Assembly: GCA_016844925.1 (NCBI GenBank)
Contig: JAERTI010000043.1
Location: 66,642 to 130,641, forward strand
Source of the DNA: Candidatus Uhrbacteria bacterium
Lineage (GTDB): Bacteria > Patescibacteriota > Patescibacteriia > UBA9934 > GWF2-40-263
Direction of reading: 5' to 3'
DNA: 64,000 bases
The translations under genes and the position numbers were made by a program. Shown one piece after another: positions 10,151 to 19,974 of this stretch (position 1 is the first letter of the stretch; every line of letters begins with the position of its first letter). Under the pieces are notes generated by a model. It did no database searches. It was not told the origin of the DNA and saw only the letters and a list, made by a program, of their open reading frames with translations.

Positions 10151-11230
10151 ATGGATACAATCCCCTGGTACAAGCGTGAGTATTTTCTGCTGCCCATCTT
10201 GCGAACAGATATCGTAACGATGGCAGAGAATTTTGCTGTCATGCTTGAGGCTGGGCTGATTGTGCCAGAGGCACTCGATACGCTTGCGGATCAGAGTACA
10301 GGCGCATTGAAAAGCGTACTTGTGCGAGTGCACACAAAGGTGTGTGCTGGTGAGACACTCACAGATGCGATTAAAAAAGAGAAACGTGTCTTTGATCCGG
10401 TCTTTGTGAGTTCCGTGCGTGTTGGTGAGACATCTGGAACGTTGGCAGAAAATCTTCGGCATGTGGCTGGACAGCTGGAGCGGGATTTAGAAATCCGTCG
10501 GAATGTTCAGGGGGCAATGCTCTATCCAAGTATCGTCATCATAACGACATTGAGCATCGGTCTTGCACTGGCAACATTCGTTCTTCCTCAGATGGCGGAT
10601 GTGTTTTCTTCATTGGGGACCGAGCTCCCTGTTTCAACACAGGTTGTGATCTGGCTTGCTGAGATGTTTAACCTGTACGGGTTTATCATCACACCAGGTT
10701 TTGTTTTATTGGTAGCGGGTTTATTCGTGTTAGCACGCAGTCGTTTCATGCAGCCCTTGGTGGATACGTTCACATTGAAGATTCCCGGGGTGAATACGTT
10801 TTTATACGACCTTAACCTCGCGCGCTTTTCTCGTTCCCTTGGGACCATGCTTAAAAGCGGTGTCCCAATCCAAGAAGCGTTGGAGATTACGAGTGTTGTG
10901 CTCTCAAATTACAGGTATCGTGATTCAGTGAAAACGATGCACCAGAAGATTGCTTCCGGCGAGAGCTTCTCTGAACTCGTAGCAGAATACCCGAGGCTGT
11001 ACCCCAAGATTATTCAGCGTATGATCGCCGTGGGAGAACGTTCTGGCGGCATGAGTGACACGTTGGAATACATGGCACGTCATTACGAGCAAAAGGTGGA
11101 GATCCGTGCCAAGAACCTCTCGACGATTGTCGAGCCAATCCTACTTCTTGTTATTGGTCTTGCTGTGGCGTTCCTGGCAATGGCAATCTTTACACCGATT
11201 TATTCGATTACGGAGGGATTGAGTCTATGA
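10151..11230 (+). CDS. pilC: type IV pilus inner-membrane platform protein (GspF/PilC family)
   Basis: two T2SS-F-like repeats, three TM segments, located after pilB; start could be 10085. Confidence 0.7.
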   Translation: MDTIPWYKREYFLLPILRTDIVTMAENFAVMLEAGLIVPEALDTLADQSTGALKSVLVRVHTKVCAGETLTDAIKKEKRVFDPVFVSSVRVGETSGTLAENLRHVAGQLERDLEIRRNVQGAMLYPSIVIITTLSIGLALATFVLPQMADVFSSLGTELPVSTQVVIWLAEMFNLYGFIITPGFVLLVAGLFVLARSRFMQPLVDTFTLKIPGVNTFLYDLNLARFSRSLGTMLKSGVPIQEALEITSVVLSNYRYRDSVKTMHQKIASGESFSELVAEYPRLYPKIIQRMIAVGERSGGMSDTLEYMARHYEQKVEIRAKNLSTIVEPILLLVIGLAVAFLAMAIFTPIYSITEGLSL

Positions 11231-11658
11231 ACAGGCGAGGGTTCACAGTCGTCGAGTTGATGATAGCCATAGCACTTCTCGGAATCCTTGTTGGGGCCGC
11301 TTTGGCAGCCTATTTACCGTTTCAGGAAAGGAATAAAGTCGACCTCGCCGTTCAGTCGAGTGTGCAAGAACTGAGGAGAGCTCAGATTCTTTCTCAGGCA
11401 GTTGATGGAGATGCGTCCTGGGGTGTTTCTGTGCAGGTGGGTACCATTACGCTTTTTCAGGGAGCGAGTTATGCTCTGCGAGATACGAGTCTCGATGAGG
11501 AGATAGCGATTGATGATTCGCTTACCCCCTCTGGATTGACAGAGGTGGTGTTTACAAAATTTACAGGTGTTCCACAGTCAACAGGCACACTTACTCTAAC
11601 GGGAACGTATGAGACAAGAGCCGTCACAATTAATGCCAGGGGAGTGCTCGACTACTAG
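11227..11658 (+). CDS. prepilin-type minor pilin/pseudopilin
   Basis: N-terminal MNRRG|FTVVELMIAIALLGIL class III signal peptide. Confidence 0.65.
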   Translation: MNRRGFTVVELMIAIALLGILVGAALAAYLPFQERNKVDLAVQSSVQELRRAQILSQAVDGDASWGVSVQVGTITLFQGASYALRDTSLDEEIAIDDSLTPSGLTEVVFTKFTGVPQSTGTLTLTGTYETRAVTINARGVLDY

Positions 11659-13045
11659 ATTAGGATTTTCTTTGATCGAGATCGTGCTCAGTATTGCTCT
11701 TTTTGGATTATTTTTTGTTGGTCTTGTGCCGGTGGTTATTGATGGACAGCAGTTTATTGCTGAGTCTGGTGCTCGTACGCGCGCTGTTTTTTTGGCAGAG
11801 GAAGGATTGGAGGCGGCAAAAAATATACGAGACGAGGGGTTCGTGAATTTGACTCTGGGCACACATGGGTTAGCAGATTCATCAAACACATGGGTTTTTT
11901 CTGGGAGTTCGGACACCGTTGATACCTATACGCGTTCTGTGACGGTCAGCCCCGTGGATTCAGATCGCAAAGACATTACTTCCACGGTGACATGGGACCA
12001 GACACCTGGGAGGGTTGGAAGTGTGAGTTTGGTGACACGTTTAACAAACTGGCAGGCCGGGACGGGGAAACCTATTCCAATTACACCAGGAGCAACGTTG
12101 GACCTTGGAGGTGTTGCCGATGGACAAGAGATTGGCCTTTATGTTGATGGGGGAACAACGTACGCTATTGTTGGCCGAAAGAAATCTTCGGATGAAGAGC
12201 TGTATATTATTGATGTATCAGACCCTACATCGCCATCAGTTGCCGCTTCTTTAGAAATTGGAAGCGATGTAAATGATATAGCTATCGTGGGGACAAATGC
12301 ATTCTTGGCGACATCCTCAAATACGGCAGAGCTCCAGGTTGTGAGTTTGCTTACACCAACAAGTCCATCAGTAACAGGAAGCCTTAATCTTGCAGGAACA
12401 CCCGATGCTGAGACGGTCGTTGCTGAAGGGAGTAATTTGTACCTAGGTCGAAGTGTTTATAGTGCTGGTCCAGAAATGTATTCGATCTCTATTGCCACAC
12501 CGACGTTACCAAGTGAACTCTCAAGTTTGGAGGTTGGTGACACGGTATGGAAGATAGTTTTGGCTCAGAGTAATACGTACGTTTATGCCGCCACTGGTAG
12601 TGATACGGCAGAAATGGCTGTTATAGACGTCTCGGCGCCGGGAAGCATTTCTCAAACAGCGGTTCTGGATGTTAGCGGACCGAGTGATGGAACAGCTATC
12701 CATGCGTTTTCCACATATGGATTACTTGGTACGGACGATGGGTATCTCCGTGTGGTTGATGTCTCAACACCATCTTCTCCGTCAGTGATCGGTACTGTAT
12801 TAAATGGAAACAAGATTAACGATATTGCTTTGGGGGTAGATAATGATTATGTCTTTTTGGGGAATAGTGCCGTTGGGGCTGAGGTAACCATTGTGAATAT
12901 TGTTGATCCAACAATACCGACCATTCATTACTCGATCGACCTTTCCGGAAACGAGGCTAAGGGCCTGATTTGGAGTGAGCCACTCAACGCCACGTTTGGA
13001 GTGGGTACCGGTAACACCGAAGAATTTTTTGCTATAACCCCATGA
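11633..13045 (+). CDS. large pilin-like protein with LVIVD-type beta-propeller repeats
   Basis: prepilin N-terminus G|FSLIEIVLSIALFG; repeated DVSDPTSPSV...G...A motifs resembling LVIVD repeats. Confidence 0.5.
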   Translation: MPGECSTTRLGFSLIEIVLSIALFGLFFVGLVPVVIDGQQFIAESGARTRAVFLAEEGLEAAKNIRDEGFVNLTLGTHGLADSSNTWVFSGSSDTVDTYTRSVTVSPVDSDRKDITSTVTWDQTPGRVGSVSLVTRLTNWQAGTGKPIPITPGATLDLGGVADGQEIGLYVDGGTTYAIVGRKKSSDEELYIIDVSDPTSPSVAASLEIGSDVNDIAIVGTNAFLATSSNTAELQVVSLLTPTSPSVTGSLNLAGTPDAETVVAEGSNLYLGRSVYSAGPEMYSISIATPTLPSELSSLEVGDTVWKIVLAQSNTYVYAATGSDTAEMAVIDVSAPGSISQTAVLDVSGPSDGTAIHAFSTYGLLGTDDGYLRVVDVSTPSSPSVIGTVLNGNKINDIALGVDNDYVFLGNSAVGAEVTIVNIVDPTIPTIHYSIDLSGNEAKGLIWSEPLNATFGVGTGNTEEFFAITP

Positions 13046-13563
13046 TGTTGAGACGTGCAGACAATCGAAGTGGTTTTACGCTGATAGAGCTCTCCATTTA
13101 TATTGGAGTTATGGGGTTCGTGCTGATTGCGCTTATCGGTTTCTTTCTGTTTCTCACTCAGCACAGAGTAAAGAATCAGGTTATTGTCGATGTCGAGCAG
13201 CAGGGGGCTCAAGCCATGCAACTTATATTGCAAACAATCCGTAATGCCGACGCGATTAACTCACCGGTTCCCGCGGCATCAGCCACCTCAACGTCCGTTG
13301 ATGTGTTCGATGTGGCAAACGACCCAACCATTTTTTCTCTTAGTGGAGGGGTGATTCAAATGACAGAGGCGGGTGGTTCGGCTGTTGATCTTACCTCCTC
13401 CAACGTGACGGCCTCAGAGCTTCGTTTCGAGAATGTTGCCCGGACTGGTACAGAAGATTTTTTAAAGGTTGAGTTTACCGTGACTCATCCAGAGGCGGGA
13501 GTTTCATCAGTTTATAATTACCAACGAACGTTCTACGGTTCGGCTGCAGTTCGAGAACCATGA
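13042..13563 (+). CDS. prepilin-type pseudopilin
   Basis: N-terminus NRSG|FTLIELSIYIGVMG. Confidence 0.6.
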   Translation: MMLRRADNRSGFTLIELSIYIGVMGFVLIALIGFFLFLTQHRVKNQVIVDVEQQGAQAMQLILQTIRNADAINSPVPAASATSTSVDVFDVANDPTIFSLSGGVIQMTEAGGSAVDLTSSNVTASELRFENVARTGTEDFLKVEFTVTHPEAGVSSVYNYQRTFYGSAAVREP

Positions 13564-13961
13564 TGTTGCCTAACGACAACAACGGCTTCATGTCATTACT
13601 AACCGTTCTCGTTGTAGGTGCGGTGGGGGTTTTGATTGTCACCACGTTTACTCTGCTTGCCATTGATGCATCCAGGTTGGGGTTTGCCTTAGAACAATCA
13701 TTTCAAGCAAAGGCCTTATCAAACGCCTGTACGGAGGAGGCGCTACAGCAAATAAGCGATTCTGTACCGTTTTCCGGCGCAGGAACCCTTTCCTTGGGGG
13801 AAGGGGATTGCGGATATAATGTGACGGCTTTGTCTGGGCAGAGCAGGACCTTAGATGCAACAGGAGTTGTTGATACAATGATCAGGAAGGTGGATGTAAG
13901 TCTTGATAGCATTACGCCGGACATAAATATCACCTCATGGCAGGAGGTAGCGGACTTTTAA
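13560..13961 (+). CDS. pilin-like/PilX-like protein
   Basis: N-terminal G|FMSLLTVLVVG hydrophobic segment, adjacent to pseudopilins. Confidence 0.4.
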   Translation: MMLPNDNNGFMSLLTVLVVGAVGVLIVTTFTLLAIDASRLGFALEQSFQAKALSNACTEEALQQISDSVPFSGAGTLSLGEGDCGYNVTALSGQSRTLDATGVVDTMIRKVDVSLDSITPDINITSWQEVADF

Positions 13962-13967
13962 AACGAT

Positions 13968-14954
13968 ATGACTATATTCAACGGAGTCGGTATTGATGTC
14001 TCAAACCATCACGTGCGCCTGGCTGAGGTGTCTTTGCTTGGGAACGTGCTACAGACGTATGAGATTGTGCTTGAAGAAGGATTGGTGCGTGACGAGCAGG
14101 TGGTGGATGTCGATGGGTTAGCAAAGGTTCTGAGACAAAAACTAAAAAAGACATCTTTTGCCCAAGGGGTACGGCGGACGACGCTTCTTGTTCCTGAATC
14201 TCGTGTTCTGTCCTCTGGGGGGCTTTTTGAAAAACGTTTGCGGGGCAGTGCGCTGGACGAGGTTGTAACAGAGCGGGCACAGCAAGATATTCCGCTCCCA
14301 TTTAAAGATGCGTATATTTCAATTTCTTGCGGAGGCAAAGAAGAAGGCAAGGTTCGAACAACGTTATATGCGTCACAAAAAGAAGTGATCGATAGTCTTA
14401 GGGGGATCGTTGATCCTGAGCAATTTCGACTCGTCGCCATGGAGGCAAATAGCAAGGCGCTGTTGCGCTTATTCTTGCAGTTTGCCTCAGGGGAGCTTCA
14501 GCCGTGTTCTGAAAACGAGCTCGTGGGGATCGTTGACGTGGGACATAGTTGGACAACGGTTTCGTTCTATACACCGTCTGGGTCAAATGTCTTATCTCGC
14601 ACGCTTTCACACCCAGAGGCCATTAAACGGGGTGAAGAAAATGACGGGAAGCTACCTATGGAGGTTCTGGATAACATTCGTACAACAATTGATGAATCCG
14701 TTGTATACTTTAAGCAACATGAACAAGTGGTTTCGACGGTTGTTTTAGCTGGCGTCGAAGCGCACGACGATATGGTTCTGGAGGTAATGGGGAGAAGTGA
14801 GGGAGACTTTCAGGTTGTGCGGATGGGGGAGGTGGTAGAGATTTCTGGATTAACTCCAAAAGACGTACATACATTTGGCGCCGCCATCGGCGCTGCATTA
14901 CGTGCAGTCCGGCCATGGCGTTACGGCTATCAACATAATTTCACTTCAAAGTAG
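13968..14954 (+). CDS. pilM: PilM-like actin-fold pilus assembly protein
   Basis: N-terminal GIDVS..VRLAEV actin-like motif, about 330 aa, pilus locus context. Confidence 0.5.
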   Translation: MTIFNGVGIDVSNHHVRLAEVSLLGNVLQTYEIVLEEGLVRDEQVVDVDGLAKVLRQKLKKTSFAQGVRRTTLLVPESRVLSSGGLFEKRLRGSALDEVVTERAQQDIPLPFKDAYISISCGGKEEGKVRTTLYASQKEVIDSLRGIVDPEQFRLVAMEANSKALLRLFLQFASGELQPCSENELVGIVDVGHSWTTVSFYTPSGSNVLSRTLSHPEAIKRGEENDGKLPMEVLDNIRTTIDESVVYFKQHEQVVSTVVLAGVEAHDDMVLEVMGRSEGDFQVVRMGEVVEISGLTPKDVHTFGAAIGAALRAVRPWRYGYQHNFTSK

Positions 14955-14955
14955 T

Positions 14956-15498
14956 ATGATTGAAAAACAAAGAGGCACTCAGCAAGGGTTCACGTTGGTT
15001 GAGCTCCTTGTCGTGATTGCGATCATTGGTGTATTGGTCGCGATTATTTTTGTGGCACTTGATCCGTCAACACGTTTCCAGCAGGCACGAGATGCTGTTC
15101 GACAGAATGATGTGCAAGAGATTCTTTCAGCCGTGAAGCTGGATCAGGTGGACAACAATGGAACGTATCTCACAGCTATTGCCGACGCAACGGCCACGGA
15201 GGTAACGATGATTGTAAATGGGGCAACCATGACTTCTGGCTGTGATGATAATAACAGCGCCTGTGATACGAACGTCACAGGTGATACGAGTTGTGTAAAC
15301 CTCGCTGGACTAGTAAGCGAAGGGTATCTTCATGAGATTCCAGTGAGTCCTACAGGAAGTGTCACTTGGGATGATGGAAGTGGTGCTACTGACGAAGGAA
15401 CTGGTTACACGCTTTCGCGTTCAGCTACGGGCATCATTACGATTCGCGCATGTGAGTCAGAGTACAGTGGTAACTCAGAGATTGATGCTGCACGGTAG
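14956..15498 (+). CDS. type IV major pilin (PilA-like)
   Basis: G|FTLVELLVVIAIIGVL N-terminus, C-terminal Cys pair. Confidence 0.7.
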   Translation: MIEKQRGTQQGFTLVELLVVIAIIGVLVAIIFVALDPSTRFQQARDAVRQNDVQEILSAVKLDQVDNNGTYLTAIADATATEVTMIVNGATMTSGCDDNNSACDTNVTGDTSCVNLAGLVSEGYLHEIPVSPTGSVTWDDGSGATDEGTGYTLSRSATGIITIRACESEYSGNSEIDAAR

Positions 15499-15503
15499 TT
15501 TTT

Positions 15504-16037
15504 ATGGGATCTACGTCACGGCAAACAAAAGGATTTACTCTAGTGGAGCTTTTGATCGTTGTTGCAATTATTGGGATCCTTGTGGCGGTTGTTCTTGTGG
15601 CTCTTAACCCTGCACAGCGGTTTCAGCAGGCACGTGACGGCGTGAGGCAAAATGATGTGCAGGCAATTCTCTCGTCAATTAGATTGCATGAGGTGGATAA
15701 CGGTGAGCTGCTATCTGATATCGCGAACTTAACCGATGCGGATGTGTATATGGCGGTTGATGGGATTGGTATGAATAACGGTTGTGATGACAATAACGAT
15801 TACTGTTCAACAAACGTTTCTCTCGATACACACTGTGTCGACATCTCGGATCTTCTTGATGATGGGTATTTAGCAGAGATGCCTGTTAGTCCGGCGGGAG
15901 ATGTGACGTGGGATCGAGGTGAGCAAGATGGAAGAGAGGGGTCTGGTTATACAATATCGATCAGTCATGATGATATTGTGACGGTCAGGGCCTGTGAGAA
16001 TGAGGCCACAACAACAGAGATCGAAGTTTCCGGGTAA
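15504..16037 (+). CDS. type IV pilin, tandem paralog
   Basis: G|FTLVELLIVVAIIGIL N-terminus; conserved FQQARDxVRQNDVQ with the upstream pilin. Confidence 0.7.
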   Translation: MGSTSRQTKGFTLVELLIVVAIIGILVAVVLVALNPAQRFQQARDGVRQNDVQAILSSIRLHEVDNGELLSDIANLTDADVYMAVDGIGMNNGCDDNNDYCSTNVSLDTHCVDISDLLDDGYLAEMPVSPAGDVTWDRGEQDGREGSGYTISISHDDIVTVRACENEATTTEIEVSG

Positions 16038-16134
16038 GTAAAACATGGGTTTAACCCGTGTTTTTTGATTCTAAACAAGGGGAATTAACGCCTTGACCCA
16101 TGCGGCCGGATTCAGTACACTACTGTCGTCTTTT

Positions 16135-16211
16135 GGGCATGTAGCTCAGCTGGTTAGAGCGCATCCCTGATAAGGATGAGGTCGGAGGTTCGAGTCCTCC
16201 CATGCCCACCA
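16135..16211 (+). tRNA. tRNA-Ile(GAT), CCA encoded
   Basis: cloverleaf with anticodon loop cTGATAa; acceptor gggcatg/catgccc. Confidence 0.85.
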
Positions 16212-16217
16212 GAAGGC

Positions 16218-16292
16218 GCCGAGGTAGCTCAGGGGTAGAGCAGTGGACTGAAAATCCACGTGTCGTGAGTTCAAATCTCACCCTCGGCACCA
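16218..16292 (+). tRNA. tRNA-Phe(GAA), CCA encoded
   Basis: acceptor gccgagg/cctcggc, anticodon loop cTGAAAa. Confidence 0.85.
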
Positions 16293-16295
16293 TGG

Positions 16296-16327
16296 AAAAA
16301 CTCTCCTAGTCAGGAGAGTTTTTGCTT
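16296..16327 (+). terminator. rho-independent terminator after tRNAs
   Basis: ctctcct agtc aggagag hairpin followed by TTTTT. Confidence 0.6.
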
Positions 16328-16341
16328 TTCCACAGTTGTCG

Positions 16342-16370
16342 TTGACACGGCCCTGGGGGTCAGACACAAT
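16342..16370 (+). promoter_or_regulatory. candidate sigma70 promoter of thr leader
   Basis: TTGACA -35, 17-nt spacer, CACAAT -10-like, about 10 nt upstream of leader ATG. Confidence 0.35.
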
Positions 16371-16379
16371 AGGATTGTT

Positions 16380-16433
16380 ATGCACTTGAGCATCACCACA
16401 ACCACGACTACTACGACGACCCTTGGTCGTTGA
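16380..16433 (+). CDS. thrL: thr operon leader peptide (MHLSITTTTTTTTTLGR)
   Basis: AGGA RBS, 17-codon ORF with 9 consecutive Thr codons plus Ile, immediately upstream of thrA. Confidence 0.7.
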   Translation: MHLSITTTTTTTTTLGR

Positions 16434-16464
16434 GGTTCGTGTTGTTGGGAGGATTTAAAGACAA

Positions 16465-16495
16465 CCGCGGCCCTCAATGGGGTCCGTTTTATTTC
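16465..16495 (+). terminator. attenuator terminator
   Basis: cggccc..gggtccg hairpin followed by ttttatttct directly before thrA ATG. Confidence 0.4.
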
Positions 16496-16496
16496 T

Positions 16497-18929
16497 ATGA
16501 AAATATTGAAGTTTGGAGGGTCATCTGTTGCATCGGCAGAAAGGATTCGGTCGGTGGTGAACATTATTCGATCTCAGGATGATGAGAGTCTTGTTGTTGT
16601 CTGTTCTGCCCTTGGCGGAGTTACGGATAAGTTGATTGAAGCGAGTGGGCTGGCGGCGGCGGGCGACGATGCCTACCTTCGGGTCTTCGATGAGCTTTCT
16701 TCGCGTCACTTGGGGTGTGTGAACGAGCTTTTGGCTGGGCCTGAGCTTGAGGGGGCCAGGAAGCATCTTCAGGAACAGCTCGAGTCACTGGAAGAGGTCT
16801 TGCGCGGCATTTACTTGATTCAAGAATGCACTCTTCGTTCAAAAGATCTGGTGATGAGCTTTGGTGAGCGTCTGTCGAATTTTCTTGTATGTGAGCATCT
16901 TAAGCAGTTTGTCCCGGATGCTGTCATGCTCGATGCACGTCACGTAGTCAAGACGGACGACCAGTTTGGAAATGCGCGGGTTAGGATGAGTGAGAGTTTC
17001 CAAAATATTCGTAACCACTCCAATGGCTATGCACGGATCCGAGTGGTCACAGGGTTCATTGCTTCTACAGAGAAAGGGGAGACCACGACACTTGGTCGTG
17101 GAGGCTCAGATTACACAGCCTCTCTTTTTGGAGCCGCGCTTGGGGCAGAAGAGATTCAGATTTGGACGGATGTCGACGGGGTTCTCTCGGCCGACCCTCG
17201 AGTCGTGTCAGATGCTCAGCCCGTCTCCCACATGAGTTACGAGGAGGCCATGGAGATGTCACATTTTGGAGCAAAGGTGATTTACCCACCAACCATGCAA
17301 CCGGCATTAGATGCTGGTATTCCAATTCGGATCAAGAACACCTTTAACCCTCAGGTGGAAGGAACCCTTATCGGTGCACAGCAATCAGGGGGTGTTAATC
17401 AACCTGTGACAGGAATATCGTCGATTAAGGAAATAGCATTTATTCGCGTGCATGGCTCTGGGCTTGTGGGGGTTACTGGAACGGCTGGTCGGATGTTCTC
17501 TGCGCTCGCTCGGGCCGGAATCAACATCATCATGATTACACAGGGCTCTAGTGAACATTCGATTTGTTTTGCTGTAGGGCCGGGAGATGCGGAACGTTCC
17601 GTAGCAGCCATCAAGGAGGAATTTGCGCTGCAGATTCTCCAGAGGCAGATTGAAGAGATCTTAGTCGAGAAGGATTTGTCGATCGTGGCGGTGATTGGAG
17701 AGCGCATGCGGCAGACGCCGGGGATTAGCGGGAGACTGTTTGGGGCACTTGGTGACGCCGGGGTGAATGTGATTGCTATTGCCCAAGGTTCAAGTGAGCG
17801 AAATATCTCTATTGTGGTGAAGAAAGATCAGGTGGCAGGGGCTATGCAAGCCATTCATCAGGATTTCTTCGGTGATTCTAGGGGGGGAAAAACTCAGAAA
17901 TCTGACGCTCGCATATATCTTGTCGGAACGGGGCTTATCGGTTCAACATTGTTGAACCAGATCGCTTCACTTGCCAAGTCGACAGTGAGGGTTCATGGCT
18001 TAGCTGATTCACGGAATATGATGGTTTCTGATCGAGCGATCAATCCAGAGATGTGGAAGCAGGCTCTTGAGGCTGGTGAGCCAAGTAGCCTTGATTCGTT
18101 TATTGAACAGATGCTAGCTCATGACGGAGGTGTGAAGATATTTGTCGACTGTACGGCAAGTGAGGTGATCGCCAAGCGGTATCCAGAGATTCTTGCTGCA
18201 GGAGCGAAGATCGTGACACCAAATAAAAAAGCGGCGTCTGGTCCTCAAGAGGACTTCGACAAGATTGCTGATGCCCTTATGAGGGGTGACATGCGCCACG
18301 AGACAAATGTCGGCGCGGGGCTTCCGGTAATGTCAACGATTCGGTCGCTCAGAGAGACGGGGGATGAGATTCTTGAGATAAGCGGTGTGTTTTCAGGGAC
18401 ACTGTCGTATCTGTTCAATACATATGACGGGCACTCCTCATTTGCTGAGCTTGTTTCTCAGGCTCGTGAGAAGGGTTTCACGGAGCCAGATCCTCGTGAT
18501 GATCTTTCTGGCATGGATGTGGCACGTAAGCTTGTCGTGCTCGCGCGCGAGCTTGGTATGCGAGTGGAGTTGTCGGATGTAGAGGTGGAGAATCTAACGC
18601 CAGAGCCTTGTCGATCAATTGAGTCGATAGATGAATTCCTTGAGCGCCTTGAAGATTACGATGATGAGTTTGCGCAGAGAGCCCTGTCGGCTCAGGAGGG
18701 TGGAAAACGACTCCGGTACGTTGGATCAATTAAGGGAGGGGAGTTGTCGGTACAACTTAAAGCGGTTGGACCAGCGGCTTCTACGTACGGTCTATCAGGC
18801 TCTGACAACCTTGTCGCGATTCGGACGCGTCGTTATCATGATCGACCGCTCGTTATCCAGGGGCCAGGCGCTGGGGCGGAGGTGACGGCCGCTGGTGTAC
18901 TCACAGATATTCTTTCACTCACAACATAA
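16497..18929 (+). CDS. thrA: bifunctional aspartokinase/homoserine dehydrogenase
   Basis: N-terminal KFGGSSV aspartokinase, ACT region, C-terminal homoserine DH domain, 810 aa. Confidence 0.9.
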   Translation: MKILKFGGSSVASAERIRSVVNIIRSQDDESLVVVCSALGGVTDKLIEASGLAAAGDDAYLRVFDELSSRHLGCVNELLAGPELEGARKHLQEQLESLEEVLRGIYLIQECTLRSKDLVMSFGERLSNFLVCEHLKQFVPDAVMLDARHVVKTDDQFGNARVRMSESFQNIRNHSNGYARIRVVTGFIASTEKGETTTLGRGGSDYTASLFGAALGAEEIQIWTDVDGVLSADPRVVSDAQPVSHMSYEEAMEMSHFGAKVIYPPTMQPALDAGIPIRIKNTFNPQVEGTLIGAQQSGGVNQPVTGISSIKEIAFIRVHGSGLVGVTGTAGRMFSALARAGINIIMITQGSSEHSICFAVGPGDAERSVAAIKEEFALQILQRQIEEILVEKDLSIVAVIGERMRQTPGISGRLFGALGDAGVNVIAIAQGSSERNISIVVKKDQVAGAMQAIHQDFFGDSRGGKTQKSDARIYLVGTGLIGSTLLNQIASLAKSTVRVHGLADSRNMMVSDRAINPEMWKQALEAGEPSSLDSFIEQMLAHDGGVKIFVDCTASEVIAKRYPEILAAGAKIVTPNKKAASGPQEDFDKIADALMRGDMRHETNVGAGLPVMSTIRSLRETGDEILEISGVFSGTLSYLFNTYDGHSSFAELVSQAREKGFTEPDPRDDLSGMDVARKLVVLARELGMRVELSDVEVENLTPEPCRSIESIDEFLERLEDYDDEFAQRALSAQEGGKRLRYVGSIKGGELSVQLKAVGPAASTYGLSGSDNLVAIRTRRYHDRPLVIQGPGAGAEVTAAGVLTDILSLTT

Positions 18930-18933
18930 TCCT

Positions 18934-19974
18934 ATGGACAAAAAAATCCCTGTCGCCATTTTGGGCGCGACCGGCAGTGTCGGTCAGAAGTTTATCGAAC
19001 TGTTAAAAGATCATCCATGGTTTGAGATTGCAGCGCTCTGTGCATCTGAGCGCTCAGCTGGAAAGCCCTATCACGAGGCGGCCAACTGGTTTCAAGCCAG
19101 TGAGTTACCAAAACATATTGGAGAAATGATCGTTCAGCCGTGTGAACCATCTGTCCCGGGACGAATTGTGTTTTCTGGCTTGGACTCCAGTGTTGCTGGA
19201 GAGATAGAACAGGCCATGGCTAAGGCGGGGAAGATTGTCGTCTCAAACTCGAAGAACCATCGGATGCACGATGATGTCCCGCTCCTGGTTCCGGAGATCA
19301 ATGCTGATCACTTAGCGCTTCTTAAGAAGCAGGCTTTTGGTGACGGTATGATTGTGACTAACCCAAACTGCTCGACCATTGGGCTTGTTCTAGCTCTGAA
19401 GCCCCTTGTAGATGCGTTTGGTGTGCGTGAGGTGTCTGTTGTGACAATGCAAGCGCTCTCAGGTGCTGGGTATCCTGGGGTGGCTTCTCTCGACATCATT
19501 GATAATGCTGTTCCATATATCGGTGGGGAAGAGGATAAGATTGAAACAGAGCCCTTAAAGATTTTCGGGGATTTAATTAATGATCATGTAGAGCCAGCTG
19601 TAATGAACATCTCCGCAAGTTGCAATCGAATTGCCGTTGTGGATGGGCATATGGAGTGTGTGAGTGTGCGACTTGGTAGACAAGCGAGTGCAAAGGAGAT
19701 TATTGAGGCTTGGGAAGATTATCGTGCGGAGCCTCAGGAGATGGGATTGCCAACAGCACCAGGGCGACCTGTGCACTACCATCGTGAAGAGCATTATCCT
19801 CAACCACGTAAACATCGCATGCTCGATAAGGGGATGGCAGTATCTATTGGGCGTTTGCGTGAGTGTTCCATTCTAGAATGGAAGTTCACTTTGCTTTCAC
19901 ACAATACAATTCGAGGTGCGGCTGGTGGAGCGCTCTTAAACGCAGAGCTCATGGTCGAGATGGGACTTGTATGA
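18934..19974 (+). CDS. asd: aspartate-semialdehyde dehydrogenase
   Basis: ILGATGSVGQ NAD motif, NPNCSTI active-site Cys region. Confidence 0.9.
   Translation: MDKKIPVAILGATGSVGQKFIELLKDHPWFEIAALCASERSAGKPYHEAANWFQASELPKHIGEMIVQPCEPSVPGRIVFSGLDSSVAGEIEQAMAKAGKIVVSNSKNHRMHDDVPLLVPEINADHLALLKKQAFGDGMIVTNPNCSTIGLVLALKPLVDAFGVREVSVVTMQALSGAGYPGVASLDIIDNAVPYIGGEEDKIETEPLKIFGDLINDHVEPAVMNISASCNRIAVVDGHMECVSVRLGRQASAKEIIEAWEDYRAEPQEMGLPTAPGRPVHYHREEHYPQPRKHRMLDKGMAVSIGRLRECSILEWKFTLLSHNTIRGAAGGALLNAELMVEMGLV

Noticed and set aside
16310-16564. Minus-strand ORF with poly-Val run
   Set aside because: It is antisense to the thr leader Thr-codon tract (ACN repeats read as GTN on the other strand) and overlaps the thrA start; artefact.
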